This document shows positions 1 to 10,619 of a DNA stretch of 64,000 nucleotides, piece after piece (the first letter of the stretch is position 1; every line of letters begins with the position of its first letter). The translations under genes were made by a program, and so were the position numbers. Source of the stretch: Pseudomonadota bacterium (lineage in GTDB: Bacteria; Bdellovibrionota_F; JAHFAK01; JBDREC01); NCBI GenBank assembly GCA_043820105.1, contig JBDREC010000010.1, forward strand, positions 62,001-126,000. Reading direction: 5' to 3'. A model generated the notes under the pieces. It worked only from the letters and a program-made list of their open reading frames with translations. It was not told the DNA's origin and ran no database searches.

Positions 1-1
1 T

Positions 2-76
2 AAGCCTAAATCAAAGAATAGTATCAAAGAAAAAAGAAAATTAAAACAAGAAAAGCTTAAAAATAAAAACTCTTAA
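2..76 (+). CDS. 3' end of a small Lys-rich protein (partial, cut by window edge)
   Basis: Frame 2 reads KPKSKNSIKEKRKLKQEKLKNKNS* to TAA at 74-76. Confidence 0.35.
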   Translation, partial: KPKSKNSIKEKRKLKQEKLKNKNS

Positions 77-490
77 TGCACATATATCAGAGGCCTTACT
101 GCACTTTATCATAATTTTTTCTATTATTTTAAAAACATTAATATTTTAATATGCTCTTATTATGCTGATTTTACTTGTAATTAAGAAAGATCTCGGCTAT
201 AAGCACTTATCTTGAATCTTTTACAAGCTTCGGGATATATCCAAAACCTCACTAGTCCTTCCTATAAAATGCGAACTGGGCTCGTTTGAGTTGAGTTTGT
301 TGCCTTTAAATTCTGCCAAGGCTTAAACCAAACAATATTTTTCACAGCAATTTTTGTGTGAAATGTTTTGTAAACTTTTGGAATTTTTGTGCAGTTTATA
401 AAACTTTAATTATATATCAGGTGGATTATATCCATTTGGGATAAAGATTTAATAAAATCCCCCAAAAACCTGATCAGGAGAAATGTATTT

Positions 491-1861
491 ATGTCATTTA
501 ACAAATTAGGTCTATCGAGTGAGCTTATGCAGTCAGTAAAGGAACAAGGCTACACAACTCCCACTCCGATACAAATGAAAACTATCCCAGCTATTTTAAA
601 CAAACAAGATGTCATGGGAAGATCACAAACAGGAACCGGTAAAACAGCTGGTTTTGCATTACCCTTACTACAGCGCTTAATATCAGAAAAAAAAGAAACA
701 GGTAGCAAACGAAACATCAGAGCTCTTATCGTAACGCCTACCCGAGAACTTGCAGCACAAGTCTGTAAAAGCATCAAAACTTATGGAAGGCATTTACCTT
801 TACGCTGCAGTGTAGTCTTTGGAGGTATTAGTATCAATCCTCAGATTCATGAACTTCGCAGGGGAGTCGATATCCTGGTCGCAACACCTGGTCGTTTGCT
901 TGATCACGTGGGTCAGGGAACTGTCGATCTTTCAAAAATCGATATATTAATTCTTGATGAAGCAGATCGCATGCTTGATATGGGTTTTATCCCTGATATC
1001 AAAAGAATTATTGCCTTAATGCCTTTAAAGCGACAAAATCTTTTATTTTCAGCAACTTTTTCAAAAGAAATCAAAAAGCTCGCAATGGGCTTTTTGAAAA
1101 ACCCAGTTATAATAGAAGTTGATCCTGAAAACGCTGCCGCAGAACTAGTAACTCAAGTTGTACATCATGTTGATAAAAGACGTAAAAAAGATTTATTATC
1201 ACACCTCATTGATTCAAAAAAATGGGAAAGAGTTCTTGTTTTTACTAGAACCAAACATGGAGCTAATCGTTTAGCAAAACAGCTCGACCAGGATGGAATA
1301 AGTTCTATTGCGATTCATGGTAACAAATCACAAGGTGCCAGAACAAGAGCTTTAGATTTGTTTAAAAAAGAAGCTGTCAAAGTATTAGTAGCTACAGACA
1401 TTGCTGCTCGCGGACTTGATATTCAACAACTGCCACATGTGGTAAATTATGATCTGCCCAATATTCCTGAAGATTATGTTCATCGAATTGGACGCACAGG
1501 AAGAGCTGGTCATGAAGGTGAAGCTTTGTCCTTAGTAAGTGTTGATGAAATGTCCTTTTTAAGAAACATTGAAAAAATGCTTAAAATAAGCATCCCAAAA
1601 ATAAAACTTAAAGGCTATGAACCAGATCCTTCTATAAAAGCAGAACTGCTTTCAAGAAGAGGAAGTGGAACAAGCAATAGACCATTCAATGCTTCAAGAA
1701 TAAATCCCAGACCAGGAAGCACAGAAAGAAAAGAAAGCAGAGACTCAAGATTTCCTGAAACCGGACAATCAAAAGCTTACTGGGGAAATAGAAACAAGAC
1801 ACAAAACTCAAGACGTAGATTTGGCAAAGGCACTGCAAATTCCCGCTCTCAGGTTGCTTGA
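491..1861 (+). CDS. rhlE: DEAD-box RNA helicase RhlE-like
   Basis: Q motif [46 protein letters not shown]; basic C-tail; AGGAG RBS. Confidence 0.9.
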   Translation: MSFNKLGLSSELMQSVKEQGYTTPTPIQMKTIPAILNKQDVMGRSQTGTGKTAGFALPLLQRLISEKKETGSKRNIRALIVTPTRELAAQVCKSIKTYGRHLPLRCSVVFGGISINPQIHELRRGVDILVATPGRLLDHVGQGTVDLSKIDILILDEADRMLDMGFIPDIKRIIALMPLKRQNLLFSATFSKEIKKLAMGFLKNPVIIEVDPENAAAELVTQVVHHVDKRRKKDLLSHLIDSKKWERVLVFTRTKHGANRLAKQLDQDGISSIAIHGNKSQGARTRALDLFKKEAVKVLVATDIAARGLDIQQLPHVVNYDLPNIPEDYVHRIGRTGRAGHEGEALSLVSVDEMSFLRNIEKMLKISIPKIKLKGYEPDPSIKAELLSRRGSGTSNRPFNASRINPRPGSTERKESRDSRFPETGQSKAYWGNRNKTQNSRRRFGKGTANSRSQVA

Positions 1862-1876
1862 AAATAGAAACAACCT

Positions 1877-2326
1877 TTAAGGCTCTTTTTTCACAATAAA
1901 TCGATTAAGTGCATTTGCAAAATCAGCTTTGTTTTTAGCGCTATATGGCGCTGGTCCAGAACTTTGTATACCATCAGTTCTTAGTTCTTCCAAAAGATTT
2001 CGAATTGCTAGTCGAGAACCGATATTTTTATCATCAAAAAATTCTCCATGAGAGCTTAAGGCAAATGCTGATTTTTTAACTACACGAGAGGCCAAAGGAA
2101 TATCAGAAGTAATAACCAAATCTCCGGCTTGCACTAATTCAACAATTTTATCATCTGCAACATCTGTCCCCCTTGCAACAACAATAACTTTAATATTAGT
2201 GTCAGGTGGTGTTCTTACATAGCAATTAGCAACAAGAATGATCTCTATATTCAAACGTTTTGATGCCTTAAAAAGAACATCTTTTGCTTCCTTTGGACAT
2301 GCATCAGCATCAATATAAATTTTCAT
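1877..2326 (-). CDS. YaiI/YqxD (UPF0178) family protein
   Basis: MKIYIDADACP, ADDKIV, GDLVITSDIPLA. Confidence 0.9.
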   Translation of the reverse strand: MKIYIDADACPKEAKDVLFKASKRLNIEIILVANCYVRTPPDTNIKVIVVARGTDVADDKIVELVQAGDLVITSDIPLASRVVKKSAFALSSHGEFFDDKNIGSRLAIRNLLEELRTDGIQSSGPAPYSAKNKADFANALNRFIVKKEP

Positions 2327-2417
2327 AATTAAACCTATCCTATAAAGTCACAAACGCAAACTTTTGGTTCATTTTTTACTTTATTGAGCATGCATGATTA
2401 TCTATGTTTTGAAAAGC

Positions 2418-3266
2418 TTACCCTAACTCAAAAGTTGTAATTCCAAATATTTCATTATCTGGCAATTTGGGAAATGTTCCATGATACATTTTCGCGCAAC
2501 CAAAAACCTCTTTCATGTTATATTTTTTAGCCATGGCTATTGCTGCATTGTTATTTTCTGGAATATCAAGTTGAACTACTGCACCCATTGCATTGCTACT
2601 TAGGGCAACAAATAAATCTTCAGCAATCTTTGCATCATCTGCAAAAAGAGGACCTATTTTATAACCTGAATAGCATTTTCTCATAACAGAATATCCACAT
2701 AATTTATTATCCTTAATAGCCCCCAAGCAAATTGAGTTTTTTTGATTTATCCACATGTTAAGAAACTTTTCTCTTGAAGCTGGAAAACAATTAGAATCAT
2801 AGAGAAATATATCATCAAATGAAATATTTTTTAATTCGGTAATATAGTTTGCTTTTTCTTTTTTTTGCCCAACATATTCAAAACGTATTTCCCTAGTATA
2901 GAATTCAAAGCCACCTTTTATATAAAAAGGTTGCATATTAAAAACACCATCCATACCTATTAGCGGATTTTTTAAACGAGCAAGCAGCAGCTCTTTTCTT
3001 GCACACCATAATTCAGTGCCAAGACCCTTATTTCTATATTCAGGTTGCATTATAAAAAAGCCCATAAATCCGTAGTCACCATTATAGGATATTATTGAGC
3101 CGCTTCCAACCATTTTTCCATCTAATTCGGCTACAACAAAACCCCCTGGATCCGTGTTCCAAAATATTTCGGCATCTGCTAAGCCTGGATTCCAACCTTC
3201 TTTGCTTGCCCATTGCACCACTTGATCCAATTCATTTCTCGTCATCTGACGAATTTTTAATTTCAT
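2418..3266 (-). CDS. Tandem GNAT N-acetyltransferase (YitH-like)
   Basis: EGWNPG, PEYRNKGLG, KIGPLFAD, C-terminal FGITTFELG. Confidence 0.85.
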   Translation of the reverse strand: MKLKIRQMTRNELDQVVQWASKEGWNPGLADAEIFWNTDPGGFVVAELDGKMVGSGSIISYNGDYGFMGFFIMQPEYRNKGLGTELWCARKELLLARLKNPLIGMDGVFNMQPFYIKGGFEFYTREIRFEYVGQKKEKANYITELKNISFDDIFLYDSNCFPASREKFLNMWINQKNSICLGAIKDNKLCGYSVMRKCYSGYKIGPLFADDAKIAEDLFVALSSNAMGAVVQLDIPENNNAAIAMAKKYNMKEVFGCAKMYHGTFPKLPDNEIFGITTFELG

Positions 3267-3366
3267 AGTTATCTCTACTCAAATTTCTTATATAATAATT
3301 ATTGAGATATTTCGATAGCTAAGACTATAATAAATTTAGCTAAAAAAACAAATAAAAACAGGAAAG

Positions 3367-3678
3367 TTAATTGCGGCTGCGAAACTTGGATAGTAAACGT
3401 AAAATTCCAATATATAGCCAAACCCGTGTGACTAGCAGAGCAAAAGCTCCATACCATTCCATGAATTTAGGGGCTTTTTCGTATTCGCCTTGTTCAATGA
3501 AATCAAAATCCATTACCAAATTAAGAGCTGCAATTACAATAACAAAAAAACTAAAGCCTATTCCAATCATACCGCTTTCATGGATATATGGAATATTTAC
3601 ACCAAAAAAACCAAGAATCATTGTCAGTAAATAAATTAGAAAGATACCTGAAGTGGCTGCTGCAAATACTAGCACCAA
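3367..3678 (-). pseudogene. C-terminal fragment of a Bax inhibitor-1/YccA family membrane protein
   Basis: IAALNLVMDFDFIEQG..APKFMEWYGAFALLV..WLY..ILRLL is the family C-terminus; only 103 aa, TTG start without RBS, N-terminal half missing. Confidence 0.7.
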
Positions 3679-3790
3679 TAAAATTCACTATATTATAAAT
3701 CAAGCAACATTAGATTTTTGGATTTTTATTGCTTTTACTTTCTTTATAAAGGTAAAAGCAAGCCAAGCTTCATTATTATAGGACTTTCAA

Positions 3791-4825
3791 ATGAATCAAT
3801 CAATGTGGGGTAATGATAAAACAAAGCATTTCTACAAACTTGCTCCTCATACAGTGCTAGATGACATTGAAAAACTTGGTTATTTAACAAGCGGGAGATG
3901 CCTTGCCTTAAATAGTCTTGAGAATAGAGTATATGAAATTGAAATTATTGTTGATGAAGAAAAAGTTAAAAGCCCCTCTGATAGATTTTTAGTAGCAAAA
4001 TTTTATCGGCCAGGCAGATGGTCAGAAGAACAAATCCTTGAAGAGCACCAATTCCTTTTTGATCTTGAGCAAGCTGAAATACCTGTAATTTCGCCTCTTA
4101 AAATTAATGGACAGTCCTTGTTCAAATCCGAGGATACTGAGATATTGTATTCAATATTTCCTAAAAGGGGTGGACGCCTGCAAGATGAATTAAAAGAAGA
4201 AGAGCTAAAACAAATTGGAAGAACAATAGCAAGACTTCACATCGTTGGAAAATCAAAAGAAGCAAAACATAGATTAAAACTTGACCATAATACATATGGC
4301 CAAATAAATTTTCAGTACCTAAAAGACAATTTAATTTTCCCAAAAACCTTAAGACCACATTTTGAAGCGATTATAGAGCAAATCATAGAATTAATTGCTC
4401 CAATGTTTGAAAACGCATATTTTCAAAGAATCCATGGTGATTGCCATTTAGGAAATATTTTATGGAACCATGAAAACCCACTCTTGGTTGACTTTGATGA
4501 TATGGTCACAGGGCCACCAGTTCAAGACATTTGGCATATTGCAAGCGGCAGGGATAATGAAGCCATCCAGCGAAGAAATATAGTTCTTACAGCTTATGAA
4601 ACAATGAATGATTTTGATAGATCTACTGTAAGGCTAATTGAACCATTAAGAACATTACGCTATATTCATTTCATGGCCTGGATTTCAAAGAGATGGGAAG
4701 ATGAATCCTTTAAAAGAGCCTTTCCAATGTATGGAAGTGAAGGATATTGGTCAGAACAAATGCTTGATCTAAGGGAACAATTTGCCCTTATACAAGAAGA
4801 AGCATATTCAAATCAAACATATTAA
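3791..4825 (+). CDS. srkA: Stress response kinase SrkA/RdoA (YihE)
   Basis: LNSLENRVY, AKFYRPGRWS, IHGDCHLGN, VDFDD, AWISKRWED. Confidence 0.9.
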   Translation: MNQSMWGNDKTKHFYKLAPHTVLDDIEKLGYLTSGRCLALNSLENRVYEIEIIVDEEKVKSPSDRFLVAKFYRPGRWSEEQILEEHQFLFDLEQAEIPVISPLKINGQSLFKSEDTEILYSIFPKRGGRLQDELKEEELKQIGRTIARLHIVGKSKEAKHRLKLDHNTYGQINFQYLKDNLIFPKTLRPHFEAIIEQIIELIAPMFENAYFQRIHGDCHLGNILWNHENPLLVDFDDMVTGPPVQDIWHIASGRDNEAIQRRNIVLTAYETMNDFDRSTVRLIEPLRTLRYIHFMAWISKRWEDESFKRAFPMYGSEGYWSEQMLDLREQFALIQEEAYSNQTY

Positions 4826-4849
4826 TAAATTATTAAGGTAAAAACAATT

Positions 4850-5503
4850 TTGAAGGAAAACACAAGCTGCCCATTGTGTGCACAAGCTAATCCAAGTGAA
4901 TTTCACAAAGATGCAATGAGAAAATATTTCCTTTGTCAAAAATGCAAGCTTGTTTTTGTTCCAATAAACCAACAAATATTATTAAGCGAAGAAAAAAAAC
5001 ACTATGATAGACACCAAAACAATCCAATGGATGAAAGATATAGAAACTTTTTAAATAAATTAGTAAAAGAAATTAAGCCAAAACTTGCTAATAATTCTTT
5101 TGGTCTAGACTATGGATGTGGATCCGGACCTACAATATCAGTCATGTTAGGTGAACAAGGACACAATGTTTCCAATTTTGACCCCTTATATAATAACAAC
5201 TCAAAACTATTAGAGTTAAGCTACGACTTTATTACAGCCACAGAAGTTGCTGAACATTTCAAATCTCCTCAAAAAGAGTTTGAAAAGTTATTTGAAATGC
5301 TAAAACCAGGAGGATATCTAGGATTAATGACAAACAGATGGACCACTCTTGAATCTTTTAAAACCTGGTATTACATTAGAGATCTAACTCATATATCCTT
5401 TTTTTGTGAAGAAACCTTTGAGTATATTGCAAAAAAATTTAATGCTTCATTAGAAATAACAGGATCAGACGTAGCAATTTTTCAAATTAATCCTCTTAAA
5501 TAA
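4850..5503 (+). CDS. Class I SAM-dependent methyltransferase with N-terminal Zn ribbon
   Basis: CPLC...CQKC, LDYGCGSGP, TEVAEHF, LKPGG, WYYIRDLTHISFF. Confidence 0.85.
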   Translation: MKENTSCPLCAQANPSEFHKDAMRKYFLCQKCKLVFVPINQQILLSEEKKHYDRHQNNPMDERYRNFLNKLVKEIKPKLANNSFGLDYGCGSGPTISVMLGEQGHNVSNFDPLYNNNSKLLELSYDFITATEVAEHFKSPQKEFEKLFEMLKPGGYLGLMTNRWTTLESFKTWYYIRDLTHISFFCEETFEYIAKKFNASLEITGSDVAIFQINPLK

Positions 5504-6255
5504 GCCCAAGCGATTCCCAGGTACTCATAAATTGCTATCTTAGTTTTATACATATTTCTTGCCTTTGGTATCATATTATAGAAAAAGCCTTGCGATCCTA
5601 GATTATTAAAATAATCGCATGGAGCAGGAATATGATTAACTCCTACCTTTTTAAACAATGCAGAGGACCTTGGCAAATGGTTGGCAGAAGTAACTAAAAT
5701 AATTTTTTCTTGGCCTACAATATTTTTTATTAATTTAGCCTCATCCTTTGTATCATTAGATTTTTTTTCAATTACAATCCTTTCTCTAGCAATACCCATA
5801 TCTAAAGATGTATTAGCCATTATCATTGCACTTGGATATTTAGACCCACCAGCCCCGCCTGACAAAAGTATTTTAGCATCTGGAATTTTTTTTACTATCC
5901 TAATACCTTCAATTAATCGAGCTAGAGTAGAAATAAACAGCTGATTATTTGCAGATAATCCCCTGTTAAAATCTCCACCGCCTGATAAAACAACAACCCA
6001 TTTTATGTTTTTATATTTTTCCAGTTCTTGCTTATGAACCAATACAGGTGGATATTTAGATTCAAGCGAAAAAATCAAGTGATTTGCAAAATAGTGGTTT
6101 GAGAATAGAAAAAAGAAAAAAGAAAAAATGAGTAAAAATATTTTTCCAAGCTTATATTTTTTCCTAAGTAATAAAAAAAGCGATATAATTAGAAGCATAG
6201 AAAGAAAGGGCATAGGGAAAAAAAGCTTTGAAAATATTTTTTTAAATACATACAT
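5482..6255 (-). CDS. elyC: ElyC/YdcF (DUF218) envelope biogenesis factor
   Basis: Two N-terminal TM helices, LESKYP, VVLSGG, RLIEG, LLSGG, DTKDEA, LVTSANHLPR, YEYLG. Confidence 0.8.
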   Translation of the reverse strand: MYVFKKIFSKLFFPMPFLSMLLIISLFLLLRKKYKLGKIFLLIFSFFFFLFSNHYFANHLIFSLESKYPPVLVHKQELEKYKNIKWVVVLSGGGDFNRGLSANNQLFISTLARLIEGIRIVKKIPDAKILLSGGAGGSKYPSAMIMANTSLDMGIARERIVIEKKSNDTKDEAKLIKNIVGQEKIILVTSANHLPRSSALFKKVGVNHIPAPCDYFNNLGSQGFFYNMIPKARNMYKTKIAIYEYLGIAWAYLRGLI

Positions 6256-6389
6256 ATTAAACCCAGCTTGCTTAGGTTAAAAAGTGTTAAAATAATAAAA
6301 ATTATTCAACATATTATTAAGCATGAGTCAAAATATAAATTGATGCAAATAACATTGAAAAAATTATAATCTTCCCAAAAATCTTGTCC

Positions 6390-6776
6390 TTAATATCTTT
6401 TAATAGAAGCAATGATATAATCCAGATAAGCAATTTCAGCGCTAATTGAAAAACCGTCCAGCCCATTTTGCTTTGCATTTTCAAGCTCTTTACTTTCAGT
6501 TAAAAAAGATTTTCTAAGTTTCTTAAACTCTTGCAGTTTTTGGCTAAAATGCTTGAATTGCTCTGATTCCTTTTCTAATTTGTAGAAGATGTTATATAAA
6601 ATGTGCAGACATAAATATCTTAAATAATAGATATTTTCAGCTGATTTTAATCTATTATCCACTGGAGTTAAAAATGATATTTCAGCAATTAAAAAATCAA
6701 TTGCCTGCAGCGATGGAAAACGAGATAGCAAATTTAGAGAATCGTATAAAAAATATAACCAAAGTAACAAAAACAA
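6390..6776 (-). CDS. Hypothetical protein
   Basis: 128-aa ORF, TTG start preceded by GAGGG; no recognisable motif. Confidence 0.4.
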   Translation of the reverse strand: MFLLLWLYFLYDSLNLLSRFPSLQAIDFLIAEISFLTPVDNRLKSAENIYYLRYLCLHILYNIFYKLEKESEQFKHFSQKLQEFKKLRKSFLTESKELENAKQNGLDGFSISAEIAYLDYIIASIKRY

Positions 6777-6932
6777 TTAAACCCTCAGTTTTTAACTTAA
6801 GTATATTCATAGACGAATCCTTAAAAACAAAATAAATAAAATGTCATAATTTTTATATAAATTGTTTCACTAATGCATTTGGCGTGGCTTTAAGCAGAAC
6901 TTGACACTATACGTTAACAGCAAACAAGTCAA

Positions 6933-7424
6933 CTAAATATGTGAAAGAGCAACAAAAAAGACAAGCAAAGAAAGGCCGTTAATTATTAGGGTAGGAAGCA
7001 GATAATAAAATTCCCCTTTTAAGTTTCCCCTTTTTTCAATTATAAAAAGGGCAAGATAATAAAAAGAGATAATATTAAAAATTATTGGAATTAATAAGGA
7101 AAAAAATGAAAGAATATATGCTCTTTTAAGACTGGATTTTGAATTCTCTATCTGACTTTTGTCTTCCTTCGATTCTAAGGAGCTCTTACTTTCTTCTATA
7201 TTTTCGATATCTTGTAAAAGCTCATTGGCCTGTTCAAAATCTTTTGAAGAAACCAAAACATGAACACCATTTAAACCAGGCATCATAAATGATAAATTTC
7301 TGGCTGTATTTTCTTCTAAGATTGTAGTCTGAATTCCAAAAGATGCTAAATAGGACTTAGCAAACTCTGCCTGATTAAGAGTACTGTAAACTGCTAATAT
7401 TTCAAAATCATTTTTATCCATCAT
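6933..7424 (-). CDS. DUF2007-like putative signal-transducing protein with C-terminal TM helices
   Basis: AEFAKSYLASFGI...GVHVLVSSKDFEQANELL pattern plus two hydrophobic segments. Confidence 0.7.
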   Translation of the reverse strand: MMDKNDFEILAVYSTLNQAEFAKSYLASFGIQTTILEENTARNLSFMMPGLNGVHVLVSSKDFEQANELLQDIENIEESKSSLESKEDKSQIENSKSSLKRAYILSFFSLLIPIIFNIISFYYLALFIIEKRGNLKGEFYYLLPTLIINGLSLLVFFVALSHI

Positions 7425-8597
7425 TTACCTAAAATATTTGTTAATAATACTGTCATTTCTTTCTTTTTTATTAATTGCTTCGCTAATTTCACTATTTCCA
7501 CCTAAATCCCCAAGCATAATGGCTCCAATGGGAATTGAATTTTCAAGTACAAGCTTTTTATATAAACCTTCTTTTTTCACACAAATAGATTCATATTTTT
7601 CATCTGCATCAATATTTCCAAAAGACACAAGATCAATTCCAGCAACCTTAAGCTTTGTTGAAGGAATAACTTCTTCATAAATAACATTTTCAGAAGACAT
7701 TTGTAAGCCTGCTATTTCTCCTTGAGCTTTGGCAATTGGAAAAATCCCACATGGCTTACCATTAAACTCTGTACAATCTCCGGCTGCATATATATCTTTT
7801 ATGGAAGTTTCCATTTTTTCATTAACAATGATTGCTTTATCTGTATTAATTCCACAATTATTAGCTAAATCGACTCTTGCGCGAACCCCTGCTGAAACTA
7901 GAATAAAATCTACATCAAGACAATTGCCATCTGACAATTCACAAGCAAGCCTATTGCCAGATAACGCCTCAATATTTTTAGCACTTTTGCCCAAGATAAA
8001 TTCAATATTTCTTTTTTCAAGCAGGTTTTCAAGAACTTGAGCCCCGTATTCGTCTAACTGTTTTGGCATCAAACGATTCATTATTTCTACAACAAAAACC
8101 TTTAAACCAAGTGCTGAAAGACTATTTGCTGCCTCTAAACCTAACAAGCCACCTCCCAACACAAGGCAAGCTCTTGATTTTTTGGCAATTTCTTTAATCT
8201 GAACAGAATCGCTATAATCTCTCCATGTAAAAATATTGGCATTATTAATTCCACAAACAGGAGGAATAAATGAATTTGCACCTGTTGCAATCAATAACTT
8301 ATCATATTCTAAAACATTTCCATCACTTAAGCTTATTTGTCTTTTTGATGCTATAATTGAATTAACCTTTTTATTTAAAAAAAGAGCAATTCTATTTTCT
8401 TCATACCATTTTATTTTTTTGGTAATCAAAGACTCAATTTTTGCTTTTGAAGCTAAAAAATCAATTAACCTTGGACGATAATAATACAAAATGGATTCAT
8501 CACTAATAACACTTATTGCAATATCAGGATCATTCTTTCTTATTGCCTGACATGCAGAGAAACCAGCAATTCCAAGGCCCATAATAACAACATGCAT
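7425..8597 (-). CDS. FAD-dependent NAD(P)H oxidoreductase (NADH:rubredoxin oxidoreductase / NirB N-terminal-like)
   Basis: GLGIAG, YYRPRL, YDKLLIATG, GGGLLGLEAA, TSIKDIYAAGD, TKLKVAG. Confidence 0.85.
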   Translation of the reverse strand: MHVVIMGLGIAGFSACQAIRKNDPDIAISVISDESILYYYRPRLIDFLASKAKIESLITKKIKWYEENRIALFLNKKVNSIIASKRQISLSDGNVLEYDKLLIATGANSFIPPVCGINNANIFTWRDYSDSVQIKEIAKKSRACLVLGGGLLGLEAANSLSALGLKVFVVEIMNRLMPKQLDEYGAQVLENLLEKRNIEFILGKSAKNIEALSGNRLACELSDGNCLDVDFILVSAGVRARVDLANNCGINTDKAIIVNEKMETSIKDIYAAGDCTEFNGKPCGIFPIAKAQGEIAGLQMSSENVIYEEVIPSTKLKVAGIDLVSFGNIDADEKYESICVKKEGLYKKLVLENSIPIGAIMLGDLGGNSEISEAINKKERNDSIINKYFR

Positions 8598-8851
8598 TTT
8601 TCATCCTTTACAAACAATAAACATAAATGGATAAAAGTCACCTACCATTGAAACCAAAAAAGCTCAACACTTTAATGCTAAATTTGTATATTTTGCATAA
8701 ATGTAGTAAAATATAATAACTAAGCAATTTTTTATTGAGCTGTGTGACCTATATTACAGACTAATCACTAAATTTTTGCTAAATTATATTTAAGAGTATT
8801 ATTTTTTGATTTATTATTTTTCGATAATAATAAAGCTTAAGGAGGGGTACC

Positions 8852-10429
8852 ATGGATGCAATAATTAATAAAAAAACAATATTTATCATTCCTTTATTAA
8901 TGGTTCTTATTTTCGCTTCAAGCTGCCTTGATTTGTCTGAAAAACAAACTCAAACCACTAACCTTGATCTTGAAAAATTCTTTCCAACCGGAGCTGCTGT
9001 TTTTAGTCCTTTTCAATTGGCAAATGTTAACAACGCAATTCCAAGCTTTAAATATGCAGTAGAAGCAGAATATGAAATCGCTCGGCAATATGATACTTTT
9101 AATGAAAATATTGAAAGCGTATTTGATGGAAGTGATGCAGAGCCTGCATTATTGATAACACCGCTTAATTTTCTTCACGGTCCTGCTGACGCCACTTGTT
9201 TTGGCCCAAAACTGTATTATGAAGGTCACCCAGATGGAGCAGATGGCAGTCCAGAAGCAAACTTTGCCACAGGAGCTATAGATGACTATCCATCACTACC
9301 AACAGGAGACTTAGGCTTGTGGCTAGAAATTGATGAAACAAGCGGCCATGCTTGTGCAGCTGCTGAAATTAACTCACAAGTTGATATTGTTGGTCAACAT
9401 TTCCAGGAAGCTCTTTATGGAATATTAATGACAGCTTATGCTGCTGTTCAAGCTGAACTAATCACAGATGCTTTAGAAAGTTTTGAAGAAACAGATGTAA
9501 AAGAATATATTCCTGAATCTGAACTTTTTGCAGTTGAAGAAGCTTTAGTAAGCTATGATGGCACAGAATTTGTTTATGATATGACTCTTACTTTTGAAGA
9601 TGCTGATGGTCTGGAGTATTCAACAAATATCATTAATTATTTTACACCTGGAGCTTCATCTAATGAATATGAAGGCATTCTTTACTATTACAATCAAGCA
9701 TACTTTGCAGGCGGCCATTGCCCAAGCTCAGATGTTGTTATGGCTGGATCAATGTATTATAAAAAATCTTCAGCCAGTGAACTTTATGTAAATGCAAGAG
9801 AAGGAACTTATTGCGGTCATGATGCTGTTCCTGCTGTAGCAATAGATACTGATGTTCACCCTACAATCACAATGCTTGATCCAAATGATGGTTATGATGC
9901 ATCATCAAACCCTGATGGTTGGGGAAACAATTTCAGAATTTTTGCAGCTTCTTATGATCCAGATAGCACTGAAGGACAATATATCTATGCATGGCAAGCA
10001 GGGTTTCATGATTTTAATTCAAGAATACTGATTTCAAATGTTATAGAATATGCAGCAACAACAGCAGGGTTAGCCTACTATGGATTTGGCGATAATGTAA
10101 CAAGCTCTGATGGATCGATAAGTGGTTTTAAATGTAATTACACTGGACCTAGCGCTGATGGAGAATTGCTTGAATATGTTCAAAAACAATCATTTGAGTA
10201 TGATGCAGTTGAAGAACTTTTCTTGCCAACGGAGTCTTATATTACATATGCACCAACAAACAATTGTTTAAATGATGATGATACTTTTTGGTATGATAGA
10301 GATTTAGATGAAACTCAAAATGAAACAAGCGACGAACTTTTAGTTGGAGAAGCAGGTTCAGGTAGCACTCTAGAATTTGACTTAGCAGACATCACAGAAG
10401 TTTCAAGCCTATCTTTAATTGCATTCTAA
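8852..10429 (+). CDS. Acidic hypothetical lipoprotein
   Basis: AGGAGG RBS, lipobox-like FASSC, Asp/Glu-rich with several Cys. Confidence 0.75.
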   Translation: MDAIINKKTIFIIPLLMVLIFASSCLDLSEKQTQTTNLDLEKFFPTGAAVFSPFQLANVNNAIPSFKYAVEAEYEIARQYDTFNENIESVFDGSDAEPALLITPLNFLHGPADATCFGPKLYYEGHPDGADGSPEANFATGAIDDYPSLPTGDLGLWLEIDETSGHACAAAEINSQVDIVGQHFQEALYGILMTAYAAVQAELITDALESFEETDVKEYIPESELFAVEEALVSYDGTEFVYDMTLTFEDADGLEYSTNIINYFTPGASSNEYEGILYYYNQAYFAGGHCPSSDVVMAGSMYYKKSSASELYVNAREGTYCGHDAVPAVAIDTDVHPTITMLDPNDGYDASSNPDGWGNNFRIFAASYDPDSTEGQYIYAWQAGFHDFNSRILISNVIEYAATTAGLAYYGFGDNVTSSDGSISGFKCNYTGPSADGELLEYVQKQSFEYDAVEELFLPTESYITYAPTNNCLNDDDTFWYDRDLDETQNETSDELLVGEAGSGSTLEFDLADITEVSSLSLIAF

Positions 10430-10532
10430 ACTCTATATCTATTTACTAATTAAAAAAATCCTTGCTATTCTCAAATCCATTAAATAGAATTCCTCTGTCT
10501 TTTAAAAGAAATCCCCCTCAAAACAGAAATTT

Positions 10533-10602
10533 GTAAGTAGAAAGTAGTAAGTAGTTTTATCTTCTTACCACTTACCACTTATCACTTACCACTTACCACT
10601 TA
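10533..10602. repeat. CTTACCA heptamer tandem repeat (5.5 units) with an upstream inverted arm GTAAGTAG
   Basis: cttacca cttacca cttatca cttacca cttacca ctta at 10564-10602. Confidence 0.85.
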
Positions 10603-10619
10603 TCTAAATGGAGGGAAAA

